Positions 12,700-26,655 of a DNA stretch of 64,000 bases are shown piece after piece (position 1 is the stretch's first letter; each line of letters opens with the position of its first letter). Source of the stretch: Isurus oxyrinchus. Lineage: Eukaryota. Made by a program: the position numbers and the translations under genes. Location: NCBI GenBank assembly GCA_026770705.1, contig JANJGN010000088.1, forward strand, positions 620,001 through 684,000, written 5' to 3'. Below the pieces are notes generated by a model. The model had not been told where the DNA came from and did not search any database. It worked only from the letters and a program-made list of their open reading frames with translations.

Positions 12700-15600
12700 A
12701 GAGGACAGGTGATGTGTTGCTGATGCAGCATGTGGGGGCTGCTGCATACCAACGTTATACAGAGAGAACACATCTGTACCAAGTGTTTGCAGCTCGAGGT
12801 ACTTCGCACCTGAGTTAAGGAGCTGGAGCTGCACATATTGCACCATGTAAGGGGAAAGCTATCTGGACACTTTGTCCCAGGAGGCGGGTACAGCCCTCAG
12901 ATTAGGTCATTCAAATTTGGTCTGTGGTCAGGGTCCGGAAGGTGTGACTGCAGGTGAAGCAGGTTTGGGTACCCAGGGGGGTAGCATTTGAGGAGCCTCG
13001 GACCCTGAAACTGTCCAACAGTTACAAGGCTCCTGCAGGATGTGTGGACAAGAGCAGGGACTGCAGAGAGGATGCACAAACTGATCATGGCACTGTGGTA
13101 CAGGGAGCCATTCAAGTGGGGGGAGGAAATGGGAATGAAGTAGTGATAGGGGACAGTATAATTAGGGGGATAGATACTCTTCTCTGCAGCCATGAGCTTG
13201 AGTCCTGAAGGCTGTGTTGCCTGCCCAGTGCCAAGGTTAAGGACATCTCCTCAGGGCTGGAGAGGAACTTGGAGTGGGAGCAGAGGGATCAGTTGTCATC
13301 GTCCATATTGGTACCTACGACATTGATAGGACTAGAAACAAGGTTCTGCTGAAAGAATTTGAACAGTTAGGAGGGAAATTAAAAAGCAGAACCTCCAAGG
13401 TAATAATCTCAGGATTGCTACCTGAGCCATGGGCAAACTGGCATAGGTTAAATAAAGTCAAGGAATTAAATGTATAGCTCAGAGATTGGTGTGTGAGAAA
13501 TGGGTTTCAGTTCAGTGGGGACTGGAGTAGAAGGGAGCTGCTCCGATGGAGTAGGCTTCACTTGGACTGTGCTGGGACCAGTGTCCTGGTGAACCAAATA
13601 ACTCAGGTTGTAGAGAGGGCTTTAAGCTAAATAGAGCAGGGGAGGGTTCTGGAAAGGGGATACGTAGGCTTACAAAGCAAAATGACATGGCAGCCAGGCA
13701 GGGCAGCTATTTAGGTAATGATACCCAGAGTGTGACAGGAAGGGACAGAGTGTACAAACATTAAAAACAGCAGCAAATAGGGTCAAAGGGGGAAAAAGTG
13801 GTAAAAAGGCAAAATTAATGGCCCTCTAATTAAATGCGTAGTCCGTAGTATTATGTAGTATTCAGAACAAAATAAATTAATTAATGGCACACATAGAGGT
13901 TAGTGCGCATGATCTTACAGCCATTATGGAGGCATGGTTACAAGGAGATCAAAGCTGGGAACTAAATATTCAGGGTATGTGACTTTTCAAAAGGACAGGC
14001 AGGAAGGAAAGGGTGGTGGGGTGGCTTTGTTAGTACAAGATGGAATAAGTACGATAGCAAGAAAAGATCTTAGATCAGAAGATGTCGAGTCCATATGGGT
14101 GGAGATAAGAAATAACAAGGGGAAGAAGACGCTGGTGGGAGTAGTCTATAGGCCCCCTGAGGGTAACTATACTGTAGGATGGAGAACAAATCAGGAGATA
14201 ATGAGGGCATGTAAAAAGACAGTACATTAATCATTGGTGTCTTAATCTTCATGTAGATTGGGAAAATCAAATTGGCAGAGGGAGACACGAGCAAGAATTC
14301 ATAGGTTGTATTCAGAGCACTTTCTTATAACAGTATTTTGTGAATCCAGCCAGGGATCAATCAATTTTGGGCCTGGTAATGTGTAATGAGGCAGTTTTAA
14401 TAAATGATCTCAGAGGAAAGGATCTCCTGGGAAACAGTGACCATAATATGGTTGAATTTAGCATTCAGTTTGAGAGTGAGAAACTTGGGTTGGAAAGAAC
14501 TGTGCTAAACCTAAATAAGGGTAATTACAATGGAATGAGGGTGGAGTTGGCCGGAGTGGACTGGGAAAGCAGTTTAGCAGAAAAGACGGTTGATGAACAA
14601 TGGCAGACGTTTAAAAAAATAGTTCATGACTCTCAATAAAGATATATCCCAGTGAGGAAAAAGGATTCAAGGAAGGGGATAAACCAACCATAGTTAACCA
14701 AGGGAGTTAAGGATAGTGTCAAAATGAAAGAAAAAACACACAATGTGGCAAAGATTAGTGATAAGCCAGAGGATTGGGAAAGTTTTATAAACCAATAAAA
14801 GATGACCAAAAAATAATAAAGAGGAAGAAAATAAACATTGAGGGTAAACTAGCGAGTAATATAAAAATGGACCGTAAGAGCTTCTTGAGATATAGAAAAA
14901 TGAAGAAAAAGGCCAAAGAGAATTAAGGTCCCTTAGTGAATAATAATGGGAAATGTCAGAGGAGTTGAATAAATACTTTGCTTCAGTCTTCACGCTAGAA
15001 GATACGAATAACATTCCAAAAATACTAACTAATCAAGAGCTGAAAGTGGGAGAGGAAATGAATACAATAACTATCACTAGAGAGAAGTACTAGGGAAACT
15101 AATGGGACTAAAGGCCAACAGGTCTCCTGAACCTGATGGGTTGCATCCTAAGGAAGTAGCTACAGAGATAGTGGATGCACTGGTAGTAATCTTCCAAAAA
15201 TCCTCAGGTTATGGAAAAGTCCTGGAGGATTGGAGAATGGCCAATGTAACACTCTTATTCAAAAAGGGAGAGAGGCAAAAAACAGGTAACTATAGGCCAG
15301 TTAGCTTAACATCTGTCATTGGGAAAATGTTAGAGCCTATTATAAAGGATGTAATAGCAGAGTATTTAGAAATGTATAATCCAATCAAGCAGAGTCAGCG
15401 TGGCTTCATGAAGGGGAAATCATTTCTAACAAATTTATGAGAATTCTTTGAGGAGGTAACAAGCAGGATAGATAAAGGGAAACCAGTAGATGTAATATGT
15501 TTGGATTTCCAAAAGTTGTTCAGTAAGGTACCGCACATAAGGCTACTTAAAAGGATAAGAGCCCATGGTGTTGGGGATAGCGTATTAGCATGGATTGAGG

Positions 15601-16688
15601 ATCGGCTAACTAATAGAGAACAAGCGTTGGGATATGGTGTGCATTTATGGGATGACAACCTGTAACTAGTGGAGTGCCACAGGGATCAGCGCTGGGGCCA
15701 CAATTATTTACCATGTATATTAATGACTTAGATGAGGGAAGTGAACGTATTATTGCCAAGTTTGTGGATGACACATGAATCGGTGGGAAGGCAAGTGGTG
15801 AGGATGACACAAAGAGTCTACAGAGGGATATAGACAGGTTAAGTGAGAGGGCAAAAATTGGCAGATGGAATATAATGTGGGAAAATGTGAGATTAGGCAC
15901 TTTGGCAGGAAAAATAGAGGAGCTGAATAGTATTTAAATGGAGAAAGATTGCAGAAGGCTGCAACACAGAGGGATTTAGGAGTCATTGTGCATGAATCCC
16001 AAAAAGCTAACATTCAAGTTCAACAGGCAATAGGGAAGGCAAATTGCATGTTGGCCTTTATTTCAAAGTGAATGGGGTATAAAAACAGGGGAGTCTTGCT
16101 AAAACTAAACAATGCACTCGTTAGACCACATCGAAAATACCGTCAACAAATTTGGTCCCCTTATCTAAGGAAAGATATGCTTTCACTGGAGGCAGTCCAG
16201 AGAAGTTTCACTAGATTGATCCCAGTGATGGAGGGATTTTCTTATGAGGAGAGGTTGAGTAGGTTGGTCCTGTACTCATTGGAGTTTAGAAGAATGAGAG
16301 GTGACCTTATTGAAACATATAAGGTTCTAAGGAGGCTTGACAAGGTAGATGCTGAGAGGTTGTTTCCTCTTGTGGGAGAGTCTGGGACCAGAGGGCATAA
16401 TCTCAGAGTAAGGGGGAGCTCATTTAAAACAGAGATGAGGAGTAATTTCTTCTCTGAGAGGGTAGTCAATCTGTGGAATTCTTAACCGCAGAGGGCTGTG
16501 GAGGCTGGATTGTTCAGGATATTCAAGGCTGAGATAGAAATATTTTTAATCAGTAAGGGAATCAAGGGTTATGGGGAAAGGAAAGTGGAGTTGAGGATTA
16601 TCAGATCAGCCATGATCTCACTGACTGACAGAGCAGACTCGATGGGCTGAACAGCCTACTTCTGCTCCTACGTCATATGGTCTTATGG
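12700..16688 (+). mobile_element. Near full-length degenerate CR1-clade LINE (family A), ORF1 esterase and ORF2
   Basis: Zinc-finger remnant at ~12705. Esterase motifs VVIGDSIIRG, HIGTYDI and IISGLLPEP. Endonuclease motifs VESIWVEI, GVVYRPP and GNSDHNMV. RT motifs GNYRPVSLTS and YEERLSRL. 3' tail ..ctgctcctacgtcatatggtcttatgg. Confidence 0.9.
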
Positions 16689-19069
16689 CTGCCTGATCAA
16701 CACCCACATCAAAGCGGAATAATTTACACACTGATAGTCCAAACATCTCGGGTCGAACACAAAACAAGTAATGGCTGCAAAAAGTATAGTCGCAATGCAT
16801 GAAGACATAGTCAATGAAGTGTACACAGAAGAGGTACAAGTATTATTGATGGAATGTGTGGTTATGTGTGATAGATTTCCCTTTGAAGAAGAAGTTCATT
16901 TTATCCTGGAACAATTAAGTCAAAATAAAATTAAGCCAGATAAATTGACTGAGCAAGTGGCCTTCACTGTGCTCAGAGAGATGATGAGCTCAGCAAGAAA
17001 CAGCAGCAAGAAATAGAGAATTTAAAGTAACGGGTCCGAGTCTTAGAAATGAAGACAGAACAATTGTTCGCCCTCATGCAGCAACACAGCATGACAGCTC
17101 TACAGGCAGGGCATGCTAGGCAGAAAGGCCAAGATAGACCTTGAGAAAGTGTCAGGAAGAAAACGGGAAACTGACACAGGATTTGGAGGATTCCAGGGGA
17201 GTCCTCCGAGAAGTACTGAAACAACCCCACAGAGAAGCGGACCACACTCAATGTAAATTGAAGATATCAGAACTTGAAAGTAGATTGGGAAGGCAACAGG
17301 CAGCTATAGCGCCTTCATGGTGGTGACAGCCAGACAAGATGAGCTGCTGAGTGGACAGTTCAAAGAGGAGTTGAAATGTCAGCTTCTGTCTCGAGGAACT
17401 AAACACAAAATGTTGAGTGAAATTTGAAGTGAGTAAAAGCAAGTTACTGTGTCTTTTGTTCAAGTCTGTGTGAATGTTGGAAGTTTCCACGAGTAAATGT
17501 CTGTCCTTATCTCTGTGGTTGCTTGTGTTCTGTAGGGCTCCCAGTCATTAACGCTTTGTAGTCTGGCTTTAATGCTGAAAGTATAAGACTGTTACTGTAA
17601 CACAGCTGTTTGGCACTTTGAATTCATTATCCAGTGCAGGGATCAATATTTTTAAGCTGTTTAGAATTAATACTTGGTGAGGGTGTGGTGTTTATTTAAA
17701 ATGAAGTTTTGTAAAAGTATTGAACCAGGAAAAGCTTTCAGTCTCACAACTTTGAAGTTGTTTGGCAGAGATCTCAAATTAAAGAGACATTTTTACTGAC
17801 TTTTTCTTTCAAACACAAGACAAATAAAATAATTTATCTTTTCTTTCCTTTTCCTTCTTTAAAAGCACATGCTGTTCTGTCTTGTGCTTAGTTAATAGGT
17901 ATTTTCCTGAATTCAGTTTGAATCATTATGGTTAACTGACCTGTTAAGTCATGAAAACTGGAATTTTTTTGATGGCCACCAGGAAATTCCAAGTTATTAT
18001 TTGAAGGAATGAGGGAATCTTTAATTCATGAAAGTGAGGCTCTCTCATGTTAAATGTTTATTGGTGTGATTTGGAATTTGGGGAGAAGAGGGGTGTTTGG
18101 AAACAACTGAGGTTTAATATTGAAAAGCTGTTTTCTCTGAGAATGTGAACCTCCGACCCTTTAAGGTCAAGCAGAAAATTTGACCCTTTCTGCTGACAGC
18201 TGCTTTTCTGTAATTCACCACTCAAATTTTAGATTGTGAATGAAAATTCATACATATTCGGCATTATGAAATTTTAAATAGATATATTGGCAGAAATACT
18301 TGGACAAATTAACCCATTGGGCTCTTGGGCAGGGTCAAATGGTTTCTCTGTGTTTCATTTAAACAGGTAATGATGGTGTTTAAATAAGAACAAGAGATCC
18401 AGCAGCTCGAAGAATTTAAGAACCTATCTGCAGACACCAAATGTCACAGCATGGTGACAATTTGGACTAAAGGCTCTGTCCCTTCAAAGACTTTTGTTAT
18501 TTGTTAGCTTCCAAGACAAAACACGTGAGAATGGGAAATATGGAAGTTACCTCCAGACTGAGTGCAAGCATTTCGGACTCTGTGGTGAAAGCACCATTTT
18601 AAAACCACCAAGCCTGGGCTTCAGAAATTGGAATCAATGAACAGAGTTAAATTGATGTGAGTGGTTATTCCAAGTAGTGAAAGGGAAATGTATTTGAAGT
18701 TTAAAGGGATAATTAAAATTTCAGAAGAAACCTTAAAACACAGTCTAGGCGATCTCAGATTCACAGAATCACACAGAGCAGAAGAGGCCCTTCGGCCCAT
18801 CAAGTCTGCACCGACATGTGAGAAACACCTGACCTACCTCAATGAGCATCAAGAAGTAAGGTTCTATTGGGGAGAAGGTAAACTGAACATTAACAAAACC
18901 TGTCATCCCAGCAACAACGCTATTTGAATTTGGGATAATTTTGAGATGCAAAATGTTGAACATAATTTATCAAGTCACTCATAAGAAAATGAAATGCCAT
19001 CAAAGATAAAGAACAAACAAAACATATTAATGCCTCGAATCAAATGGGAATATTTCATTTTGTTATCGA

Positions 19070-21445
19070 GCCAGGGGATCCAACCCTTGTTCGATGAAGA
19101 GTGCAGGAGGACATGCCAGGAGCAGCACCAGGCATACCTAAAAATGAGGTGTCAACCTGGTGAAGCTGTAACACAGGACTACTTGCGTGCCCAACAGCAT
19201 AAGCAGCAAGCGACAGACAGAGCTAAGCAATCCCACATCCAGTGGACCAGGTCTAACCTCTGAAGCCCTGCCACATCCAGTTGTGAATGGTGGTGGACAA
19301 TTAAACAACTCACTGGAGGAGGAGGCTCCACAAATATCCCCATCCTCAATGATGTAGGAGCCCAGCACAATAGTACTAAAGATGAGGCTGAAGCATTTGC
19401 AACAATCGCCAGCCAGGAGTGCCAAGTGGATGATCCATCTCGGCCTCTTCCGGAGGTCCCCAGCATCACAGATGCCAGTCTTCAGCCAATTTGATTCACT
19501 CCACATCACCGAATCACACAGTGCAGAAGAGGCCCTTCAGCCCATCGAGTCTGCTCAGACACGTGAGAAACACATGATATAAAGAAATGGCTGAAGGCAC
19601 TGGATACTACAAAGACTATGGCCCTGACAATATTCCGGCAACAGTACTGAAGACTTGTGCTCCAGAACTTGCTGCACCTCTAGCCAAGCTGTTCCGGTAC
19701 AGCTACAACACTGGCATCTACCTGGCTATGTGGAAAATTGCCCAGATATGTCCTGTACACAAAAAGCAGGACAAATCCAATCTGGCCAATTAGCGCCCCA
19801 TCAGTCTACTCTCCATCATCATTAAAGTAATGGGAGGGGTCATCAACAGTGCTATCAAGCAGCACCTGCTTAGCAATAACCTGCTCACTGATGCCCAGTT
19901 TGGGTTCCATCAGAGTCACTCAGCTCCTGACCTCATTACAGCCTTGGGTCAAACATGGACAAAAGAGCTGAATTCCTGAAAGGAGCCCCAGCAAAACTGG
20001 AGTCAATGGGAATCAGGGGGAAACTCTCCACATGTTGGAGTCATACCTAGCACAAAGGAAGATGGTTGTGGTTGTGGAAGGGCATCATCTCACCTCCAGG
20101 ACATCACTGCAGGAGTTCCTCAGGGTTAGTGTCCTCGGCCCATCCATCTTCAGCTGCTTCATTATTGACCTTCCTTCCATCGTAAAGTCAGAAGCGGGGA
20201 GGTTCGCTGATGATTGAACAATGTTCAGCACCATTCGCGACTCCTCAGATACTGAAGCAGTCCATGTCCAAATGCAGCAAGACCTGGACAATATCCAGGC
20301 TTGGGCTGACAAGTGGCAAGTAACATTTGCACCACACAAGTGTCAGGCAATGACCATCTCCAAGAGAGAATCCAACCATCACCCCTTGATGTTCAATGGC
20401 ATTACCATCACTGAATTCCCCACTGTCAACCTCCTGGGGGCTACCATTGACCAGAAACTGATCTGGACTAGCCACATAAATACTGTGGCTATAAGAGCAG
20501 GTCAGAGGCTAGGAATCGTGTGACGAATAACTCACCTCCTGACTCCCCAAAGCTTGTCCACCATCTACAAGGCACAAGTCAGGAGTGTGATGGAATACTC
20601 CACACTTGTCTGGATGAGTGCAGCTCCCACAACACTGAAGAGCTGGACACCGTCCAGGAGAAAGCAGCCCCGCTTGATTGGTACCACAATCACAAACATT
20701 CACTCTCTCCCACAGCAGCGGTGTGTACTATCTATAAGATGCACTGCGGGAATTCACCAAGGGTCCCTAGACAGCACCTTCCAGACCCACAGTCACCGCC
20801 ATCTAGAAGGACAAGGGCAGCAGATAGATGGGAGCAGCACCACCTGGATGTTCCCCTCCAAGTCACTCATCATACTGACTTGAAAATATATCTACATTCC
20901 TTCACTGTGGCTGGGTTAAAATCCTGGAACTCCCTCCCTAAAAGCGCTGTGGGTGTACCTACACCACAGGGACAAAATCCTGGAACTCCCTCCCTAACAG
21001 CACTGTGGGTGTAGCTACACCACAGGGACAAAATCCTGGAACTCCCATCCTAACAGCGCGGTGGGTGTACCTACACCACGGGGACAAAATCCTGGAACTC
21101 ACTCCCTAACAGCACTGTGGGTGTACCTACACCACAGGGGACAAAATCCTGGAACTCCCTCCCTAACAGCGCTGTGGGTGTACCTACACCACAGGGGACA
21201 AAATCCTGGAACTCCCTCCCTAACAGCGCTGTGGGTGTACCTACACCACAGGGGACAGAATCCTGGAACTCCCTCCCTAACAGCGCTGTGGGTGTACCTA
21301 CACCACAGGGGACAGAATCCTGGAACTCCCTCCCTAACAGCGCTGTGGGTGTACCTACACCACAGGGTCTGCAGCGGTTCAAGAAGGCAGCTCACCACCA
21401 CCTTCTCAAGGAGCAATTAGGGATGGGCAGTAAGTGCTGACCCAA
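19070..21445 (+). mobile_element. Degenerate CR1-clade LINE (family B), RT region and 3' end with an internal tandem expansion
   Basis: Motifs GPDNIPATVLKTCAPELAAPLAKLF, VLGPSIFSCFI.DLP..FADD and QQDLDNIQAWADKWQVTF. Family 3' tail ..caccaccttctcaag..ggatgggc. Confidence 0.85.
20915..21368 (+). repeat. 56-57-bp tandem repeat (~8 units) inside the family-B LINE 3' end
   Basis: Unit gggacaaaatcctggaactccctccctaacagcgctgtgggtgtacctacaccacag. Confidence 0.95.
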
Positions 21446-22254
21446 TGATTTTTTTAAAAATTGAGGAAAAAGAACATTGTATTAGACTGAAAGGGTACTC
21501 CATGGCTCAAAATGAAATAAAATCATACCTAATGGAAATTAAATCCAGCAGATGCAACAATTAATTTTTGGAATGGACATTGACAGAATCCGAATTCAAA
21601 CCATTAAATAAATGTGGTGCAGAATTTCCAAAAGGTCCAGAAATTCCTAGCAAGAGTAGGAATTGTAGCAACTGTAAATTGATAGTTTTCTCTTGGAGAT
21701 ATTTCTATCCTTGGCTAAGATTTTTTTTAAGACAACTGAAGTTGAAAACGGGCCATAACCCAAGGCATTGCCCCCCCCACCACCCACCCCCACCACACGC
21801 CCCCCACCGCTCCCCCACCCCCCCCACCGCTTCCCCACCCTCACCCCCACCCCCTCACCCCATCCCACACACAAACAAACCCTGCAAACCTGGAAATTCA
21901 AAATGGTTCATATAAGATGGCATGTGAGGAATAATATTGGGATACCGGTGTAAGTGTGCAGATGTAATCTGTTACATGTGAAGCAACTAACATGTGAGAA
22001 ATCATGGTGGAAGAGAGAAGGGAGGAAACAGAATAAAGAAGTCAGGCCAGACTAGAATGAGCTTAGACCTGTGTCTGAGCTGATCTGGGGTGCAAAGACT
22101 GTGTGTGACTCATAAACTATAGCCTGGTTGTTAAGTTTTACTACACTACTCAATAAATGCTCTTATGTTGTTGCACTTAAACTACTGTCGGCCAAATTTC
22201 TGTCTTGTCAAGAAGCCGAATAAAGGTTCATTTACAAAACCTTAAAATGGACCC

Positions 22255-23510
22255 ACATTCTCTATGTGCAGTCCCTCACTGTCACTGTGTTTCTGTAGTT
22301 CCCTCACTCTGTGTACAGTCTCACACTGTAACTGTGTTTGTGCAGATTCCTCACTCTGTGTACAGTCTCACACTGTAACTGTGTTTGTGCAGAGATTCCT
22401 CACTCTGTGTACAGTCTCACACTGTAACTGTATTTGTGCAGAGATTCCTCACTCTGTGTACAGTCTCACACTGTAACTATGTTTGTGCAGAGATTCCTCA
22501 CTCTGTGTACAGTCTCACACTGTAACTGCGTTTAGAATTCCCTCACTCTGTTTACAGTTCCATAGTGCAACTGTGTTTGTGCAGAGATTCCTCAGTCTGT
22601 GTGCAGTCCCTCCCTGTCACTGTGTTTCTGTAGTTCCCTCACTCTGTGTACAGTCTCACACTGTAACTGTGTTTAGAATTCCCTCACTCTGTTTACAGTT
22701 CCATAGTGCAACTGTGTTTGTGCAGAGATTCCTCAGTCTGTGTGCAGTCCCTCCCTGTCACTGTGTTTCTGTAGTTCCCTCACTCTGTGTACAGTCTCAC
22801 ACTGTAGCTGTGTTTAGAGTTCCCTCACTCTGTATATAGTTCCATAGTGTAACTGTGTTTGTGCAGAGAATCCTCAGTCTGTGTACAGTCTCACACTGTA
22901 ACTGGGTTTAGAATTCCCTCACTCCGTATATAATTCCATAGTGTAATTGTGTTTGTGCAGAGATTCCTCACTCTGTGTACAGTCCCACACTGTAATTCTT
23001 TCTGTAGAGTTCCCTCACTCTGTGTACAGTCCCTCACTGTATGTGTTTCTGTAGAGTTCCCTCACTCTGTTCACAGTCACACACTATAAATGTGTTTCTG
23101 CAGAGTTCCCTCACTCTGTGTACAGTCCCTCACTGTGTGTTTCTGTAGAGTTCCCTCACTCTGTGTACAGCCTCACACAGTCACTGTGTTTCTGTAGAGT
23201 TCCCTCACTCTGTGTACAGTTCAACACTGTAAATGATTCTGTAGAGTTCCCTCACTGTGTACAGTCCCACACTGTAACTTTATTTAGAATTCGTTCATTC
23301 TACGTACAGTTTCATAGTGTAACTGTGTTTGTGCACACAGTTTGTACAATAACACACTAAGTGCTTCTGTAGAGGTCCCTCACTCTCTGTATAGTCCCAC
23401 GTTGTAATTATGTTTATGTAGAACTCCCTCACTGTGTGTATAGTCCCACACTGTAACTGCATTTCTATAGAGTTCCCTCACTGTGTACAGACCCTCATTG
23501 TAGCTGTGTT
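22255..23510. repeat. Minisatellite, ~49-bp unit (cctcactctgtgtacagtctcacactgtaactgtgtttgtgcagagatt)
   Basis: Directly visible. One more partial unit appears at ~24274-24305, after a LINE insertion. Confidence 0.93.
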
Positions 23511-23559
23511 TTTTATTTTTATTTACTTTTTAATTATTTTTTCTTTTATTATGTAACCA

Positions 23560-24273
23560 ACCACTTTTCAGCCTAAGCCTGGATATTGTCCACGTCTTCC
23601 TGCATTTGGACATGGACTGCTTCAGTATCTGAGGAGTCGCGAAAGATGCTGAACATTGTGCAATGATCAGTGAACATCCCCACTTCTGGCCTTATGATGG
23701 AAGGATGCTTATTGATGAAGCAGCTGAAGATGGTTGAGACTATGACACTACACTGAGGAGCTCCTGCAGTGATGTCCTGGAGCTGAGACGACTGACCTCC
23801 AACAACCACAACAATCTTCCTCTGTGCTAGATATGACTCCAACCAGCAGAGAGTTATTCCCCAGATTCCCAGTGACTCCAGTTTTGCTTGGGCTCCTTGA
23901 TGCCACACTCGGTCAAATGCTGCCTTGATGTCAAGGACAGTCATTCTCACCTCACCTTGGGAATTCAGCTCTTTCGTCCGCTTTAGAACCAAGGCTTCAA
24001 TGAGGTCAGGAACTGAGTGGCCCTGGTGGAGCCCAAATTGGGCATCAGTGAGCAGGTTATTGCTAAGCAGGTGCCGCTTGATAGCCCTCCCATTACTTTA
24101 CTGATAATCGAGAGTAGTCTGATGGGGTGGTAATTGGCTGGGTTGGATTTGTCCTGCTTTTTGTGTACAGGACGTCCTAGGCAATTTTCCACATAACCAG
24201 GTAGATGCCAGTGTTGTCGCTGTACTGGAACAGCTTGGCTAGGGGCGTGGCAAGTTCTGTAGCACAAGTCTTC
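23560..24273 (-). mobile_element. Family-B CR1 LINE internal RT fragment inserted in the 49-bp array
   Basis: Minus-strand ORF contains LDIKAAFDRVWH..WLESYLAQRK..GAPQCSVI..FSCFIN. Confidence 0.85.
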
Positions 24274-24904
24274 AGTGTACAGTCGCACACTGTAACTGTG
24301 TTTATGTTGTTCCCAGACCCTCCTTTGGATAAGCTGTCCAACACCTTTAATTTGAGATAAGAATAATCCAATTTCTTATCCATACCTTCCTTTGGGCATG
24401 TTTAATGGAAGATTTTGAATGCTAGTGGCATCTTGGAGACTGTTCAGAGGTGCAAATGGCGCCTTGATGTTGGAGATCTTTTAATCATTAGTTTCAGTTC
24501 TGCCAGTCTGGCACCTTTTGCTCAATATGAACCTGCTTATTGGTGCAAATTACAATATCAGAATTGCATTTCCATAAGTAAAGCAGTGTGCTTATTCTTT
24601 TTAGTAACAAAGTCCCTCTGGGAGGTCCCCCGTGCTCAGATTAAACCTGACTCTGATCTCAGAGGAAGTGTAAGGAGAAGGAACTAGTCTTGATGATATC
24701 TCTGAGTTTCGGACATCTGTCATCTACCAATGACAAATCGTCACTGTGCTTCTAGTAAATAAGGGCGGCTTCTTGAGAGGTTAATGAAGCTAAAAATCAG
24801 GGTTAATCTGAACATTTATAACTCGCGATTTTGTGTTAATTTCTCTGCAAACCTTGCAAACCGAGCCACGTAAATTCCAAGGACATGTACAAAACACATT
24901 ACAC

Positions 24905-25222
24905 TGAGTAAAACTCCCTCTACACAATCGCCATCAAACACTGCCAGGACAGGGACAGCACAGGGTTAGATACAGAGTAAAGCTCCTTCTACACCGTCCC
25001 CATCAAACACTCCCAGGACAGGTACAGCATGGGGTTAGATACAGAGTAAAGCTCCCTCTACACTGTCCCCATCAAACACTCCCAGGACAGGTACAGCACA
25101 GGGTTAGATACAGAGTAAAGCTCCCTCTACACAGTCCCCATCAAACAGTCCCAGGACAGGTACAGCACTGGGTTAGATACAGAGTAAAGCTCCCTCTGCA
25201 GTCTACACTCTCCCCATCAAAG
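24905..25222. repeat. 69-bp minisatellite (acaggtacagcacggggttagatacagagtaaagctccctctacactgtccccatcaaacactcccagg), block 1
   Basis: Directly visible. Same unit as 26180-26655, 27206-27760 and 53400-54180. Confidence 0.93.
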
Positions 25223-25239
25223 CTGGACATTGCTTTCGG

Positions 25240-26160
25240 AGTAATGTCCTTGGCCCAACCATCTTCAGCTGCTTCATCAATGCTCTTCCCTCCATCATAA
25301 GGTCAGAAGTGGGGATATTCGCTGATGATTGCACAATGTTCAGCACCACTCATGACACCTCAGATCCTGAAGCAGTCCGTGTCCATATGCAGCAAGACTG
25401 GACAATATTCTGGCTTAGGCTGATAAATGGCAAGTAACACTTGCATCACCCAAGTACCAGACAATGACTATCTCTAACATAAGGGAATCTAACAGTCTCC
25501 CCTTGACATACAGTGACATTGATATCACTGAATCCCCCCACTAGCACAGCCTGGAGGGTTACCATTTACCAGGAACTTGTCTGAATCACCCATAGAAATG
25601 CTTTGGATACTTGAGCAGGTCAGAAGCTGGGAAGCCTGCAGTGAATAACTCACCTCCTGACTCCCTAGAGCTGTCCACCATCTACAAGGTACAAGGCAGA
25701 GGTGTGATGGAATACTCTCCACTTGCCTGGATGCGTGCAGCTCCAACAACACTCAAGAAGCTTGACACCATCCAGGGTGAAACAGTCCACTTGATTAGAA
25801 CCCCATCCACCACCTTAAACATTCACTCCCTCCACCACCAATGCACAGTAGCAGTGTGTGTACCATCTACAAGTTGCGCTGCAGGAACTTACCAAGGCTC
25901 AGTCGACAGCATCTTCCAAGCTTGCAACCTGTACCACCTATAAGAACAAGGGCATTAGATGCATGGGAACCTAACTCACAAGGCTGACTTGGAAATATGT
26001 CACCGTCCCTTCACTGCTACTGGGTCAAAATCTAGTAACTCCCTCCAACACTGCACTGTGGGTGTACCTACACCACATGGCCTGCAGCGGGTCAATAAAC
26101 CAGCTCATCACCACCTTCTCTAGGTCAGTGCTGACCTAGGCAATGATGCCCACACCCTGT
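25240..26160 (+). mobile_element. Family-B CR1 LINE 3' fragment between 69-bp repeat blocks
   Basis: Sequence ggcccaaccatcttcagctgcttcatcaatga.., the peptide STIYKVQGRGVMEYSPLAWM, and the family 3' tail. Confidence 0.85.
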
Positions 26161-26179
26161 AAAATAATAAATAAAAAGA

Positions 26180-26655
26180 CTCACAGGCCAGGAACAGCAC
26201 AGGTTAATACAGAGTAAAGCTCCCTCTACACTGTCCCCATCAAACACTCCCAGGACAGGTACAGCACGGGGTTAGATACAGAGTAAAGCTCCCTCTACAC
26301 TGTCCCCATCAAACACTCCCAGGACAGGTACAGCAAGGGGTTAGATACAGAGTAAAGCTCCCTCTACACTGTCCCCATCAAACACTCCCAGGACAGGTAC
26401 AGCACAGGGTTAGATACAGAGTAAAGCTCCCTCTACGCTGTCCCCATCAAACACTCCCAGGACAGGTACAGCACGGGGTTAGATACAGAGTAAAGCTCCC
26501 TCTACACTGTCCCCATTCAACATTCCCAGGACAGGTACAGCACGGGGTTAGATACAGAGTAATGCTCCCTCTACACTGTCCCCATTCAACATTCCCAGGA
26601 CAGGTACAGCACGGGGTTAGATACAGATTAAAGCTCCTTCTAAACTGTCTCCATC
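26180..26655. repeat. 69-bp minisatellite, block 2
   Basis: Directly visible. Confidence 0.93.
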
